DNA of 22,105 bases from Candidatus Thorarchaeota archaeon (GTDB lineage: Archaea > Asgardarchaeota > Thorarchaeia > Thorarchaeales > Thorarchaeaceae), in NCBI GenBank assembly GCA_016839605.1, contig JAEOTX010000188.1:1-22105 (forward strand), read 5' to 3'. A model generated the notes under the pieces. That model was not told the DNA's origin. It made no database searches and was given only the letters and a program-made list of their open reading frames with translations. Shown here one piece after another: positions 1-8,485 of this stretch. Made by a program: the position numbers and the translations under genes. Position 1 is the stretch's first letter. Each line of letters starts with the position of its first letter.

Positions 1-801
1 AACGCTACAACTGATGTTGTAACTGCAGAAGAGATTAGAAACGGAATTCTTGATGACTACGACATCGTTGCTGTTCCAGGGGGATGGGCGTGGGCGTACT
101 ACCAAGACCTTGGAAGTTCGGGAGTTGTGTATATCCGCCAGTTCGTGGAGAATGGTGGTGCATTTTTTGGAGTCTGTGCTGGGGCATACTTTGCGTGTGA
201 CGGCATCAGATGGGAGGGCGGTTACATAGAGTATACACTTGATCTGTACCCGAATATTGGCAATGGGCCTATAGAAGAAATTGCGGCCTGGCCAGGTTAT
301 AACATGACGAGGATTAACCTGAACAAAGGCGCTGTAGGGCCAGACCTTTCTGGAGAGCCAGATTCCCACATTGTGATGTACTATGGCGGACCATATTTTG
401 AAACCAGTGGTACAGAGGGAGTCACTACTCTTGCTACTTACGATGCCAATGATGAGCCGGCGATAATAGCTTATGAATATGAACAGGGGCGGATAGTGCT
501 TTCAGGCCCTCATGTTGAATGGGAGGAAGATGCTGATCGAGATGGAGTGGCGTGGGTCAACGCGTATGATGATGAAGGGTCCGAGTGGAATATGATGCTG
601 AAGATTGGTCTTTGGCTCTCTGAGGGTGCTTCCACAACTTCTACTACAAGTGCCAGCACTGCTTCTGTTACAACTACTACTACGACCACTGTGAATCCCA
701 GTCCATCACCAACACCGCTCGAGATTGACCCGGTCGTTGGACTTGTTGCCATTTTCGCTGTTATTGCGGTTGCAGTCATAGCTGAAAGGTTGAGAAAGTG
801 A
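1..801 (+). CDS. BPL-N / class I glutamine amidotransferase-like hydrolase with Thr/Ser/Pro linker and C-terminal TM anchor (5' truncated by window)
   Basis: Frame is open from base 1 (NATTDVVTAEEIRNGILDDYDIVAVPGGWAWAYYQDLG...), so the track start at 127 is internal. Motifs: PGG, GGAFFGVCAGAY nucleophile elbow, YYGGPYF, LSGPHVE (Cys-His-Glu). Ends in a T-rich linker, a hydrophobic helix and RLRK. Confidence 0.8.
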   Translation, partial: NATTDVVTAEEIRNGILDDYDIVAVPGGWAWAYYQDLGSSGVVYIRQFVENGGAFFGVCAGAYFACDGIRWEGGYIEYTLDLYPNIGNGPIEEIAAWPGYNMTRINLNKGAVGPDLSGEPDSHIVMYYGGPYFETSGTEGVTTLATYDANDEPAIIAYEYEQGRIVLSGPHVEWEEDADRDGVAWVNAYDDEGSEWNMMLKIGLWLSEGASTTSTTSASTASVTTTTTTTVNPSPSPTPLEIDPVVGLVAIFAVIAVAVIAERLRK

Positions 802-837
802 ATGATTTGAGGCAAGAAATGTGCGAATTCGATCATA

Positions 838-902
838 TGAGCACATGTTCATGACTAGCACACTATGAACAAGAGTGTTCGGTGGGTTTTAATCGGTGTA
901 CA
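838..902. promoter_or_regulatory. Phased TGWWCA operator boxes flanking a TATA-like element upstream of the ABC operon
   Basis: TGTTCA 846, TGAACA 866, TGTTCG 876, TGTACA 897 (spacings 20, 10, 21); TGAGCA 838; TTTTAAT at 887-893. Confidence 0.6.
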
Positions 903-949
903 CCTGTTATTTTTTACTAGCTAAACGCTAAATTCAGGATGTGACATCT

Positions 950-2893
950 GTGAAAAAGAAGGAAGCACTCCTGGCACTGACTCTGGCGGTCTTTATGATC
1001 TTACCAGTGTTTGCTTTCGTACCGACTACTGCAGTAGCGCAGACACCTAAGATTATCAAGATAGGGATGTTTGACGAACCAGACAGCCTTAATCCGGTCA
1101 TGGCCTCAGAAATCAGTTCATGGAGTATGATTAATTGGATATTTGACCCTCTGGTCAGATGGGATGATAACTGGGGCATCCAACCCGGTCTCGCAGAGAG
1201 CTGGGAGTGGGCAACAAACGGCTCTCAGTTAGTCATGCATATCGACCAAGATGCGGCATGGCATGACGGAACTCCATTTACAGCACATGATGCAAATTGG
1301 ACACTCTTTACATGGACCTGGCTTGGATTTTGGGTAGGTCAGACACCTCGCATTGATCATAGAAACATCAGAGTTCCGGATGACTACACCATCGTCCTCA
1401 ATTTTGTGGACAGTGGTTATGAGAACATAACCGAGTGGGCACTTGGTGGACTACCTAATAACGCCTACAATGGAACGCCTGTACAAGTCAACAAGGAAGC
1501 ATTCCTTACAGGACTCACCTATGTGCCAATCCTCGCAAAGCATCTGTGGGATCCGGTGACATGGTGGGACCCAATTTATGGTATCGGAACTTGGTACTGG
1601 GACACAGCACTTTGGAAGGATGCAATCTGGTGGGGCATGCTCGATCCTGCGTGGCCAACACCACTCAATGGAACTGGTGCATTCATGCTGGATGAATATG
1701 TTGTAGGAGAATACATGAGATTTGATGCCAACCCCAACTACCATTTGGGCGCGCCCAACGTCGATGGCATCCTTGTCACCTTCTACGACACCGTGGAAGT
1801 CATGACTGAGGCTGTAAAAGCCGGAGAAATTGATTTCTGCGAGACTGCACCTGCATTCATTGAGCTAGGTACCATTCCTGACACGGTCACCATAAATGAA
1901 AACCCGTGGATGGGCTGGGAAGGTCTCTTGGTGAACCAGTACTATAACTACACCAATGCTCAAGGAGAATATGCAGCTCGTCCAGTCAAGCACAATGCGC
2001 TCCTTCAGCCAGAAGTGAAAAAGGCAATGAATCAGGCTATTGACAAGGCGCAGATAGCTGAAGTTGCATATCTCGGACACGCGAATGCAGCTGATTCGCT
2101 AATCCATACTGAACTCAAGTGGTATAATGATGCCCTGATTACCTTTACTCAAGGCACTGCCGCAGCTCGGGCAACTCTCGAGGCGGCTGGATGGGTAGTG
2201 AATCTAGATGGAGTCTACGAGAAGGATGTAGATGGGACTGTTGAAACACTGTCCTTTGAAATCAAGTATGTCACTGGTGTTCCGACAGACTTCACAATTG
2301 TGTCGCTCGTTGGTGCATATCTTGAGGCTGCAGGATTTGAGATCACTGCAATCCCTCTTGAAGAAACAACCTTCACTGTGGACACCGCTACAGAGACTTG
2401 GAACTTTGACATAGCTCTAACCGCCTATAGTCAGATTGCTGATCCAAATAGCATGATGCAGTATATGACCAGTGACAGTTGGATCAACCCGAATGGTGTG
2501 AACATCACAAGGGTTGATGAGATATACAAGGAACAGCAACTGACAACCAGTGATACAACTAGGGCAGCTCTCTGTGATGAGTTCCAGCAAATAATGTACA
2601 ATGATTCAAGCATCATTATTCTCGTCGAGTTCAATGATATCGAGCTGTACAGAAACGATGTCTGGGAATTTACTCACACGGACTGGGAAAGTGGCATCTT
2701 TTCAATGTGGAACATCGATTCATGGCTAGAGGTTGACGTACCAACAGTACCAACAACAACGACAACACCAGTAACAACAACAACAGAACCACCACCACCA
2801 CCACCGCCGATTCCGATGGAACTGCTCCTTGCAGTCGGCTTAGGTATCGTGGTGCTGATAGTCGTTGTAGTGTTTGTTACTAGGAAAAGGTAG
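950..2893 (+). CDS. oppA: Peptide/nickel-family (family 5, DppA/OppA-like) ABC substrate-binding protein, signal peptide plus C-terminal membrane anchor
   Basis: Family 5 signature (DSLNP...IFDPLVRWD...PGLAESWE...WHDGTPFTAHD), GTGAF, VKKAMNQAIDK. Start moved to GTG 950 because SD AGGATGTGA (936-944) lies 5 nt upstream, giving MKKKEALLALTLAVF. Eight N-x-S/T sequons; Thr/Pro linker, TM helix and RKR tail. Symbol is family-level only. Confidence 0.92.
   Translation: MKKKEALLALTLAVFMILPVFAFVPTTAVAQTPKIIKIGMFDEPDSLNPVMASEISSWSMINWIFDPLVRWDDNWGIQPGLAESWEWATNGSQLVMHIDQDAAWHDGTPFTAHDANWTLFTWTWLGFWVGQTPRIDHRNIRVPDDYTIVLNFVDSGYENITEWALGGLPNNAYNGTPVQVNKEAFLTGLTYVPILAKHLWDPVTWWDPIYGIGTWYWDTALWKDAIWWGMLDPAWPTPLNGTGAFMLDEYVVGEYMRFDANPNYHLGAPNVDGILVTFYDTVEVMTEAVKAGEIDFCETAPAFIELGTIPDTVTINENPWMGWEGLLVNQYYNYTNAQGEYAARPVKHNALLQPEVKKAMNQAIDKAQIAEVAYLGHANAADSLIHTELKWYNDALITFTQGTAAARATLEAAGWVVNLDGVYEKDVDGTVETLSFEIKYVTGVPTDFTIVSLVGAYLEAAGFEITAIPLEETTFTVDTATETWNFDIALTAYSQIADPNSMMQYMTSDSWINPNGVNITRVDEIYKEQQLTTSDTTRAALCDEFQQIMYNDSSIIILVEFNDIELYRNDVWEFTHTDWESGIFSMWNIDSWLEVDVPTVPTTTTTPVTTTTEPPPPPPPIPMELLLAVGLGIVVLIVVVVFVTRKR
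2738..2815 (+). repeat. Low-complexity (ACA)n/(CCA)n tract encoding the Thr/Pro linker
   Basis: gtaccaaca x2, then acaacaacgacaacacca...accaccaccaccaccgccg, encoding VPTVPTTTTTPVTTTTEPPPPPPPIP. Confidence 0.85.
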
Positions 2894-2911
2894 CAGTGGA
2901 TTATAGATTGG

Positions 2912-2948
2912 ACAGACAGGACTCCTGTCTGTTCATTCCATATTTTTT
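2912..2948 (+). terminator. Intra-operon stem-loop plus T-tract after the binding-protein gene (partial terminator or mRNA stabiliser)
   Basis: ACAGACAGG (2912-2920), loop ACT, CCTGTCTGT (2924-2932): perfect 9-bp stem, followed by TTTTTT at 2943-2948. Confidence 0.6.
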
Positions 2949-2979
2949 ATAATCCAAAGAGAAAACAGAGTAGATTAGG

Positions 2980-5700
2980 ATGGCATTAAGAGACGTATTA
3001 CTCAAGCGAATAGCCCAAGCAATTGTTACAATCTTCATAGTTCTAGCAATCGATTTTGTGTTATTCCATATCCTTCCTGGCGACCCAATGACCTTCCTTG
3101 CTCGAAATCCCAACCTTACTGAGGTTGCCCAAGAGAGATTGATTGAGCAATTTGGACTTGATAAGCCACTGTGGGAACAGTTTATTCTATTCCTTGGAAA
3201 CTTCCTTACCATGAGACTTGGGATGTCATTCCATTTCAGAGAGGAAGTTGGACCAATAATAATGCACCACCTCGGAAATACTCTGATCTTAGTGGTTCCT
3301 GCATCAATCGTGGCGATTGTGGTTGGAATCTGGATAGGCAAGAACTCAGCCTGGCGGCGAGGCAAGGCAGCAGACCTCTTGGGCCTTCTGTTTTCGCTAA
3401 TTACGTACTCTATTCCCACCTTTTGGCTAGCCATGTTCTTCATCATGTTTTTCGCATTTGGGCTTGGTTGGTTTCCAGGGACACCAGGATTGACCACACC
3501 AGGCATGGACTTCACGGGCGATCCAATTGGTCTTGTTGTTGATATGATATCTCACTTGATGCTTCCATGGACTGTCCTGATTGTTGCAATCTTGGGTTCA
3601 TTTGCACTAATCACGAGAAACGCTCTGCTGGACGTCTTAAGTGAGGACTATATGGTCACAGCTAAAGCCAAAGGAAGAACTGAGAAAGAACAGCTGAACA
3701 AAGAGGCGATGCCAAATGCCATGATTCCCATAACAACGGTCATCGCACTCCAGCTTGGATTTTCAGTAGCAGGGGCACTCCAGACTGAGGTGGTATTCTC
3801 CTACCCTGGGATTGGGAATCTGATTTGGGAAGGAGTTTACTATCGAGACTACCCACTCTTGCAAGCTAGCTTCTTCATGATCACTGTTGTTGTAGTATTT
3901 GCTAATCTTATTGCCGACTTCATCTACTTCTATCTGGACCCAAGGATTAGAGTTGGTGCAGAGTTCACGATTGGTGATGAGAAACCACCCAGACCGCTCT
4001 CTCATTACGGTCTAGCTGTTATAGCCATTGTCGCGCTTCTGTCTACATGGGCGGTCATAGGAATTACAACAATACTTCCTCTCTTCATTCTCATAGTGAT
4101 TCTAAAACGAAAGGGTATTGCTCAGTTCCTAAGAAACCAACTTAGCAAAATCAAGCCTTCAAACTTGCTATACGCATGGCAGAACAAGCGATCTCAGATC
4201 TTGGTTCGGTTCTCAGTGATTGCTTTATTTATCAATTTGATCGCATTGACCATCATCGCATCATCGGGAGTCTTCATCCCTGAATGGGGCTTCTTTTGGG
4301 CAGGTGCATTTTTCGGACTAGAACCATTTCCTCCTATACCCCCAGGAGTGGAATACCCCGATTGGTCAATGACACTGGCATCAATTGCACATCCATCGGT
4401 GATGCAAATCGCTCTAGTTGGTGTGACCGTCGGAGTCATTCTGAGTAGGAGAAAGAGCTTGGGTGCTACATCCAGTCGATTCATCAGAACACGAATGGGT
4501 ACGGTAGGAACTGCCACAGTAGCGATGTTCACAGGGATGACTATATTTGGAGACATTATAGCTCCATATGATCCTGAGGCATTCTTTACTGGGAATATCT
4601 ACCAGCCCCCTGATATTATGCCAGAAGCGCAATTGCTCATTCTGTCAGTGGGTGTGGCATCACTTCTTGGTGCAACCTTAATTTGGTGGATATTTGACCG
4701 ATTCAAGAGACCAGGGATTCCTAGATACTTCATCACTATTCTGAGTGGAGGGCTCATTGTTTACATCGCAGCTTTATTTGGAGCCCAATCGCTCTCTGTT
4801 GAGAACACGACTACCTTGATTTTCTCAGCTGCAATTGGTGCTATTGGCGGCGTTATCATTCTGAAGGGGCTTCTGAGTGCTAGGCTAGATTTTAGCCTTC
4901 AGAAGCTGCAAATGCATCTTCCAAGATTGGTTATTGCTCTTGTGGGAGTGATTGGCGTGGGTCTCATTGTGCAAGGCATACTGCATGCTCCATGGGTAAT
5001 ACCGCTCGAATTTCCAGGCTTCCACTTAATGGGTACTGATCAATTGGGAAGAGACGTATATAGTCAACTGATTATAGCTGTAAGAATCACACTTCTAGTT
5101 GGTATTGTGGCAACAGGAATGTCTGTAGTCATAGGCACCTTAATTGGCCTTGTTGCAGGCTACTTTGGTGGAATTATTGACTCTTTCCTGATGCGGTTCA
5201 CAGATATCTTCTTCGTGATTCCGAGCCTAATCTTGATGATTATCGTGGCGGCAGTGTTAGGCCCATCGATTGTAACACTAATTCTTGTGATTGGTTTGTT
5301 CTCATGGCCCTCTACTGCACGAATCGTCAGAGGCCAGGTATTAACAATAAAAGAGCGCACCTATATCGAGAGGGTAAGAGCAGTGGGAGGAAGTGACTCC
5401 TATATTATTACTAAGCATGTATTGACCGCAGTTGCTCCACTTGTTGTTGCCAATACAATCCTTGTCACCGCATGGGCAATTCTCTCGGAGGTTGTTTTGG
5501 ACTTCTTTGGGCTAGGAGATCCAGCAATGATCAGCTGGGGCACAATGTTGTATCTCGCATTCAGTGCAGGCTCAATGTCCAATAACCTCTGGTGGCTAGT
5601 ATTCCCACCAGGTGTCATGGTTGTGCTTCTCCTCCTTGGAGTATCTATGGTAGGATACGCTATGGATGAGATTGTCAATCCAAGACTTCGGAGGAGGTAG
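2980..5700 (+). CDS. Fused DppB-DppC (OppB-OppC) ABC permease with extra transmembrane insertions, 906 aa
   Basis: N-half is DppB-like (LPGDP, FGLDKPLWEQF, SIPTFWL, EAA loop LSEDYMVTAKAKG, RDYPLLQ, YLDPRIR). C-half is DppC-like (APYDP, HLMGTDQLGRDVYSQL, MRFTDIFFVIP, EAA loop YIERVRAVGGS, SWGTML, NPRLRRR). No stop between the halves. Confidence 0.9.
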   Translation: MALRDVLLKRIAQAIVTIFIVLAIDFVLFHILPGDPMTFLARNPNLTEVAQERLIEQFGLDKPLWEQFILFLGNFLTMRLGMSFHFREEVGPIIMHHLGNTLILVVPASIVAIVVGIWIGKNSAWRRGKAADLLGLLFSLITYSIPTFWLAMFFIMFFAFGLGWFPGTPGLTTPGMDFTGDPIGLVVDMISHLMLPWTVLIVAILGSFALITRNALLDVLSEDYMVTAKAKGRTEKEQLNKEAMPNAMIPITTVIALQLGFSVAGALQTEVVFSYPGIGNLIWEGVYYRDYPLLQASFFMITVVVVFANLIADFIYFYLDPRIRVGAEFTIGDEKPPRPLSHYGLAVIAIVALLSTWAVIGITTILPLFILIVILKRKGIAQFLRNQLSKIKPSNLLYAWQNKRSQILVRFSVIALFINLIALTIIASSGVFIPEWGFFWAGAFFGLEPFPPIPPGVEYPDWSMTLASIAHPSVMQIALVGVTVGVILSRRKSLGATSSRFIRTRMGTVGTATVAMFTGMTIFGDIIAPYDPEAFFTGNIYQPPDIMPEAQLLILSVGVASLLGATLIWWIFDRFKRPGIPRYFITILSGGLIVYIAALFGAQSLSVENTTTLIFSAAIGAIGGVIILKGLLSARLDFSLQKLQMHLPRLVIALVGVIGVGLIVQGILHAPWVIPLEFPGFHLMGTDQLGRDVYSQLIIAVRITLLVGIVATGMSVVIGTLIGLVAGYFGGIIDSFLMRFTDIFFVIPSLILMIIVAAVLGPSIVTLILVIGLFSWPSTARIVRGQVLTIKERTYIERVRAVGGSDSYIITKHVLTAVAPLVVANTILVTAWAILSEVVLDFFGLGDPAMISWGTMLYLAFSAGSMSNNLWWLVFPPGVMVVLLLLGVSMVGYAMDEIVNPRLRRR

Positions 5701-5708
5701 TAGAATAG

Positions 5709-6698
5709 ATGACAGAAACATCCTCGCCAGAAACTCCTGCTGGACAACCAGTACTCAAAGTGTCAGGGCTTAAGGTCTACTACCACATCTCTCAGGGAAT
5801 AGTCAAAGCAGTCGATGACATTGACTTCACTGTAGGTTGTGGGGAGTTTGTAGGCCTAAGCGGTGAGAGCGGATGTGGGAAGACCACTACCGCAATGACT
5901 CTACTACACATCCTTCCTCGGGAGGGAGTGGTTGAAGGTGGACAAGCCATCTTCGGCAATCGTGACATTCTCGCTTTCGACAAAAAGGCCATCGAAGATT
6001 TTCGGTGGCAGGGAGTTTCCATGGTCTTTCAGGGTGCAATGAACTCATTGAATCCAGTTCATCGTGTGATAGACCAGATGGTTGATGCAATCCTGATTCA
6101 TGAAGATGTGTCAAAGGAGAAAGCGAAAGAGATTGCACTTGAGTTGATAGAATCTGTTGGAATTGAGCGGTCGAGGGCAACTGCATATCCACATGAACTA
6201 AGTGGAGGGATGAAGCAACGTCTAATGATTGCCCTTGCACTTGTACTACATCCGCCCCTTGTGATTGCAGATGAGCCAACCACAGCGCTTGATGTGATGA
6301 TTCAGGCACAGATTCTCGATCTCTTCGGGCAGCTTAGGGATAAAACGAGTCTCTCACTCCTAATCATCACTCATGACTTGTCAGTGCTTGCTGAGACCTG
6401 TGATAAGGTCATCATAATGTATGCTGGAAAAATCGTTGAGGAAGCACTGACTGAGATTCTATTCAATGAACCAAGCCATCCATACACAAGGAAGCTCATT
6501 TCATCATTTCCAAGCATTCTTGCTGACAAGGAGATTGACTTCATTCCAGGAAATCCACCGGACCTCATTGATCCCCCCACCGGATGCAACTTCCATCCGA
6601 GATGCGAATATGCAATCGAAAAGTGTAGCAAGGAAGAACCTCCACTTGTTGATGAGGGGGGTCATAGGGTGGCTTGCTTCAGGAGGCATGAAATCTAA
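5709..6698 (+). CDS. oppD: Oligopeptide/dipeptide ABC transporter ATP-binding subunit (DppD/OppD)
   Basis: Walker A GESGCGKTT, signature LSGGMKQR, Walker B VIADEPTTALD, HPYT, C-terminal CxFHPRC-x6-C Cys cluster; SD GGAGGAGG upstream. Confidence 0.95.
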   Translation: MTETSSPETPAGQPVLKVSGLKVYYHISQGIVKAVDDIDFTVGCGEFVGLSGESGCGKTTTAMTLLHILPREGVVEGGQAIFGNRDILAFDKKAIEDFRWQGVSMVFQGAMNSLNPVHRVIDQMVDAILIHEDVSKEKAKEIALELIESVGIERSRATAYPHELSGGMKQRLMIALALVLHPPLVIADEPTTALDVMIQAQILDLFGQLRDKTSLSLLIITHDLSVLAETCDKVIIMYAGKIVEEALTEILFNEPSHPYTRKLISSFPSILADKEIDFIPGNPPDLIDPPTGCNFHPRCEYAIEKCSKEEPPLVDEGGHRVACFRRHEI

Positions 6699-7696
6699 TG
6701 GCGAATGCTATTCTCGAAACTAAGAATCTCAAAAAGTGGTTTACAGTGAGAGCAGGATTCCTCTCAAGCCTCGTTTCCAAGAAGTCTGACTCCTACATTC
6801 GAGCCGTTGATGGAGTCGACCTGGAAATCAAGCAAGGTGAGGTTTTTGGCATTGCAGGGGAGAGTGGTTGTGGAAAGACTACAATTGCAAGATTAGTTAT
6901 GCGATTGGAAACCTTAACAGATGGGGAAATCTGGTTTGAGGGAGAAAAAATCTCTGCATTCAATGAGGGGAAGTTCAAGGAGTATCGCAGAAGGATACAG
7001 ATGATCTTTCAAGATCCATATGGGTCATTGAGCAATAGCATGACCATAGGCGAGATTGTCGCAGAGCCTCTCAAGATCCATAATGTATATGCATCACCTA
7101 GTGAGATGGAGGACCGAGTAATGGCTGCCCTCGAAGACGTGGGGCTGCGTCCAGCTGAAGAGTTTGCTGGCAGGATACCACATGAACTGAGTGGAGGTCA
7201 AAGGCAACGGGTTGCGGTAGCTGCAGCACTTGTGTTGGATCCAGTCCTTCTGATTGCAGATGAACCAGTTTCAATGCTCGATGTCTCAATGCGGGGCCAG
7301 ATCCTGAAGCTATTGCTCGAGCTGAGGGAAAAGAAGGGCATTACGCTTGTATTGATAACACACAATTTGGCTGTAGCCAAGCAGATGTCTGACAGAATCG
7401 CAATCGCCTATCTGGGCAGAATCGTTGAAACTGGAGTTACGAAGGAGATTATTGACAACCCAAGTCATCCCTACACGAAAGCACTAGTTTCAGTTGTTCC
7501 TGTTCCAGAAACGGGTGTAAAGAGGGAGAGACTGTTGCTCACAGGAGAGATTCCTAGTCCCATTGATATTCCAACGGGCTGTAGATTTCATACCAGATGT
7601 CCATTTGCGAAAGACAAATGCAGCGTGGAGGAACCTGAGCTAAGGACAATGCCAGATGGACGACAGGTTGCCTGCCACGACGATGAGCAGGCATGA
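6698..7696 (+). CDS. oppF: Oligopeptide/dipeptide ABC transporter ATP-binding subunit (DppF/OppF)
   Basis: GESGCGKTT, QMIFQDPY, LSGGQRQR, IADEPVSMLD, HPYT, CRFHTRCP; TAATG stop/start overlap with the preceding gene. Confidence 0.95.
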   Translation: MANAILETKNLKKWFTVRAGFLSSLVSKKSDSYIRAVDGVDLEIKQGEVFGIAGESGCGKTTIARLVMRLETLTDGEIWFEGEKISAFNEGKFKEYRRRIQMIFQDPYGSLSNSMTIGEIVAEPLKIHNVYASPSEMEDRVMAALEDVGLRPAEEFAGRIPHELSGGQRQRVAVAAALVLDPVLLIADEPVSMLDVSMRGQILKLLLELREKKGITLVLITHNLAVAKQMSDRIAIAYLGRIVETGVTKEIIDNPSHPYTKALVSVVPVPETGVKRERLLLTGEIPSPIDIPTGCRFHTRCPFAKDKCSVEEPELRTMPDGRQVACHDDEQA

Positions 7697-7723
7697 AGCA
7701 GAGTGCATGTTTCTAAACAGAGC

Positions 7724-7801
7724 CGTTCAAGAGTCTGAAAATCTGTTCACCATTGTACACACATGTTGGCAGTCCTTTTCATCATGTTCATTCTTTGCAC
7801 A
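7724..7801. promoter_or_regulatory. Phased TGWWCA operator array upstream of the corrinoid/methyltransferase pair
   Basis: CGTTCA 7724, TGTTCA 7744, TGTACA 7754, TGTTGG 7764, TGTTCA 7785, TGCACA 7796 (spacings 20, 10, 10, 21, 11). Confidence 0.65.
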
Positions 7802-7833
7802 GCCGCATAAGTAGACAATCTGAGAGTGGTATC

Positions 7834-8481
7834 ATGGGCAATGCAATTGAGAATCTGAAACAGGCAGTCATCGATGGAGACGCTGACGCGGTATCCAAGT
7901 TCTCCGCGGAAGCACTGGAGTCCGGTGCTGCACCGTTAGATATCCTGGAAAAGGGGATTTCTGAAGGAGCAAAGACTGTCGGTGAGCAGTTTGAGAATAT
8001 GGAAATCTTCCTTACAGAGCTTATGCTCTCGGGAGAAGCTATGATGGCGGGGTTGGATGTTGTTCTGCCTCATATCCAAGCTGGAGATGTACCGAGAAAG
8101 GGAAAAGTCGTCGTTGGCACTGTGCGTGGCGATATCCACGAGATAGGCAAGAACATCTTCAAGTCGCTTCTCGTAGCTAATGGGTTCGAGGTGAGTGACC
8201 TAGGAGTCGATGTTCCAACTTCGAAATTCATTGAAGAGGCAGAGAAGACAAACGCGGACATCATTGCCGTATCAGCACTCATGACATCAACCCTTGGAGG
8301 TCAAAAGGATGTCATTGATTATCTCGAGCAGTCTGGCAATCGAGACAAGTTCATCGTTATGGTGGGTGGTGGTCCCACGAACCAGGAATGGGCAGACGAG
8401 ATTCGTGCAGATGGATTTGCTGAAACAGCACCTGAAGCTGTAAGAGTAGCAACTCAACTCATTGAGAAAAGGAGGGACTGA
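7834..8481 (+). CDS. mtmC: Methyltransferase cognate corrinoid protein (MtmC/MtbC/MttC family), 215 aa
   Basis: N-terminal cap domain (VGEQFENMEIFLTELMLSGEAM), B12-binding motif GDIHEIGKN (DxHxxG), DLGVDVP, SALMTST, VMVGGGP. ATG 7834 is preferred over TTG 7753, which would translate the operator array. Confidence 0.92.
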   Translation: MGNAIENLKQAVIDGDADAVSKFSAEALESGAAPLDILEKGISEGAKTVGEQFENMEIFLTELMLSGEAMMAGLDVVLPHIQAGDVPRKGKVVVGTVRGDIHEIGKNIFKSLLVANGFEVSDLGVDVPTSKFIEEAEKTNADIIAVSALMTSTLGGQKDVIDYLEQSGNRDKFIVMVGGGPTNQEWADEIRADGFAETAPEAVRVATQLIEKRRD

Positions 8482-8485
8482 TACT

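Noticed and set aside
2738-2815. CRISPR array or contingency microsatellite
   Set aside because: It is an in-frame, degenerate trinucleotide tract encoding a Thr/Pro linker. No repeat-spacer structure was seen anywhere in the window.
2891-2990. Amber readthrough fusing the binding protein to the permease (TAG followed by a hairpin)
   Set aside because: The permease is in a different frame, the readthrough frame soon hits TAA, and the protein already ends in a complete TM anchor with a basic tail.
2901-3515. 204-aa antisense ORF and the many other 60-140 aa shadow ORFs overlapping assigned genes
   Set aside because: They lie antisense or out of frame to well-supported genes and have no recognisable motifs; consistent with codon-bias shadows.
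7753-7833. ORF-track N-terminal extensions (7753 for mtmC, 8462 for mtmB, 11100 for the regulator, 941 for the binding protein)
   Set aside because: They run through operator arrays or SD sequences. Downstream starts (7834, 8486, 11013, 950) fit family lengths and/or SD spacing better.
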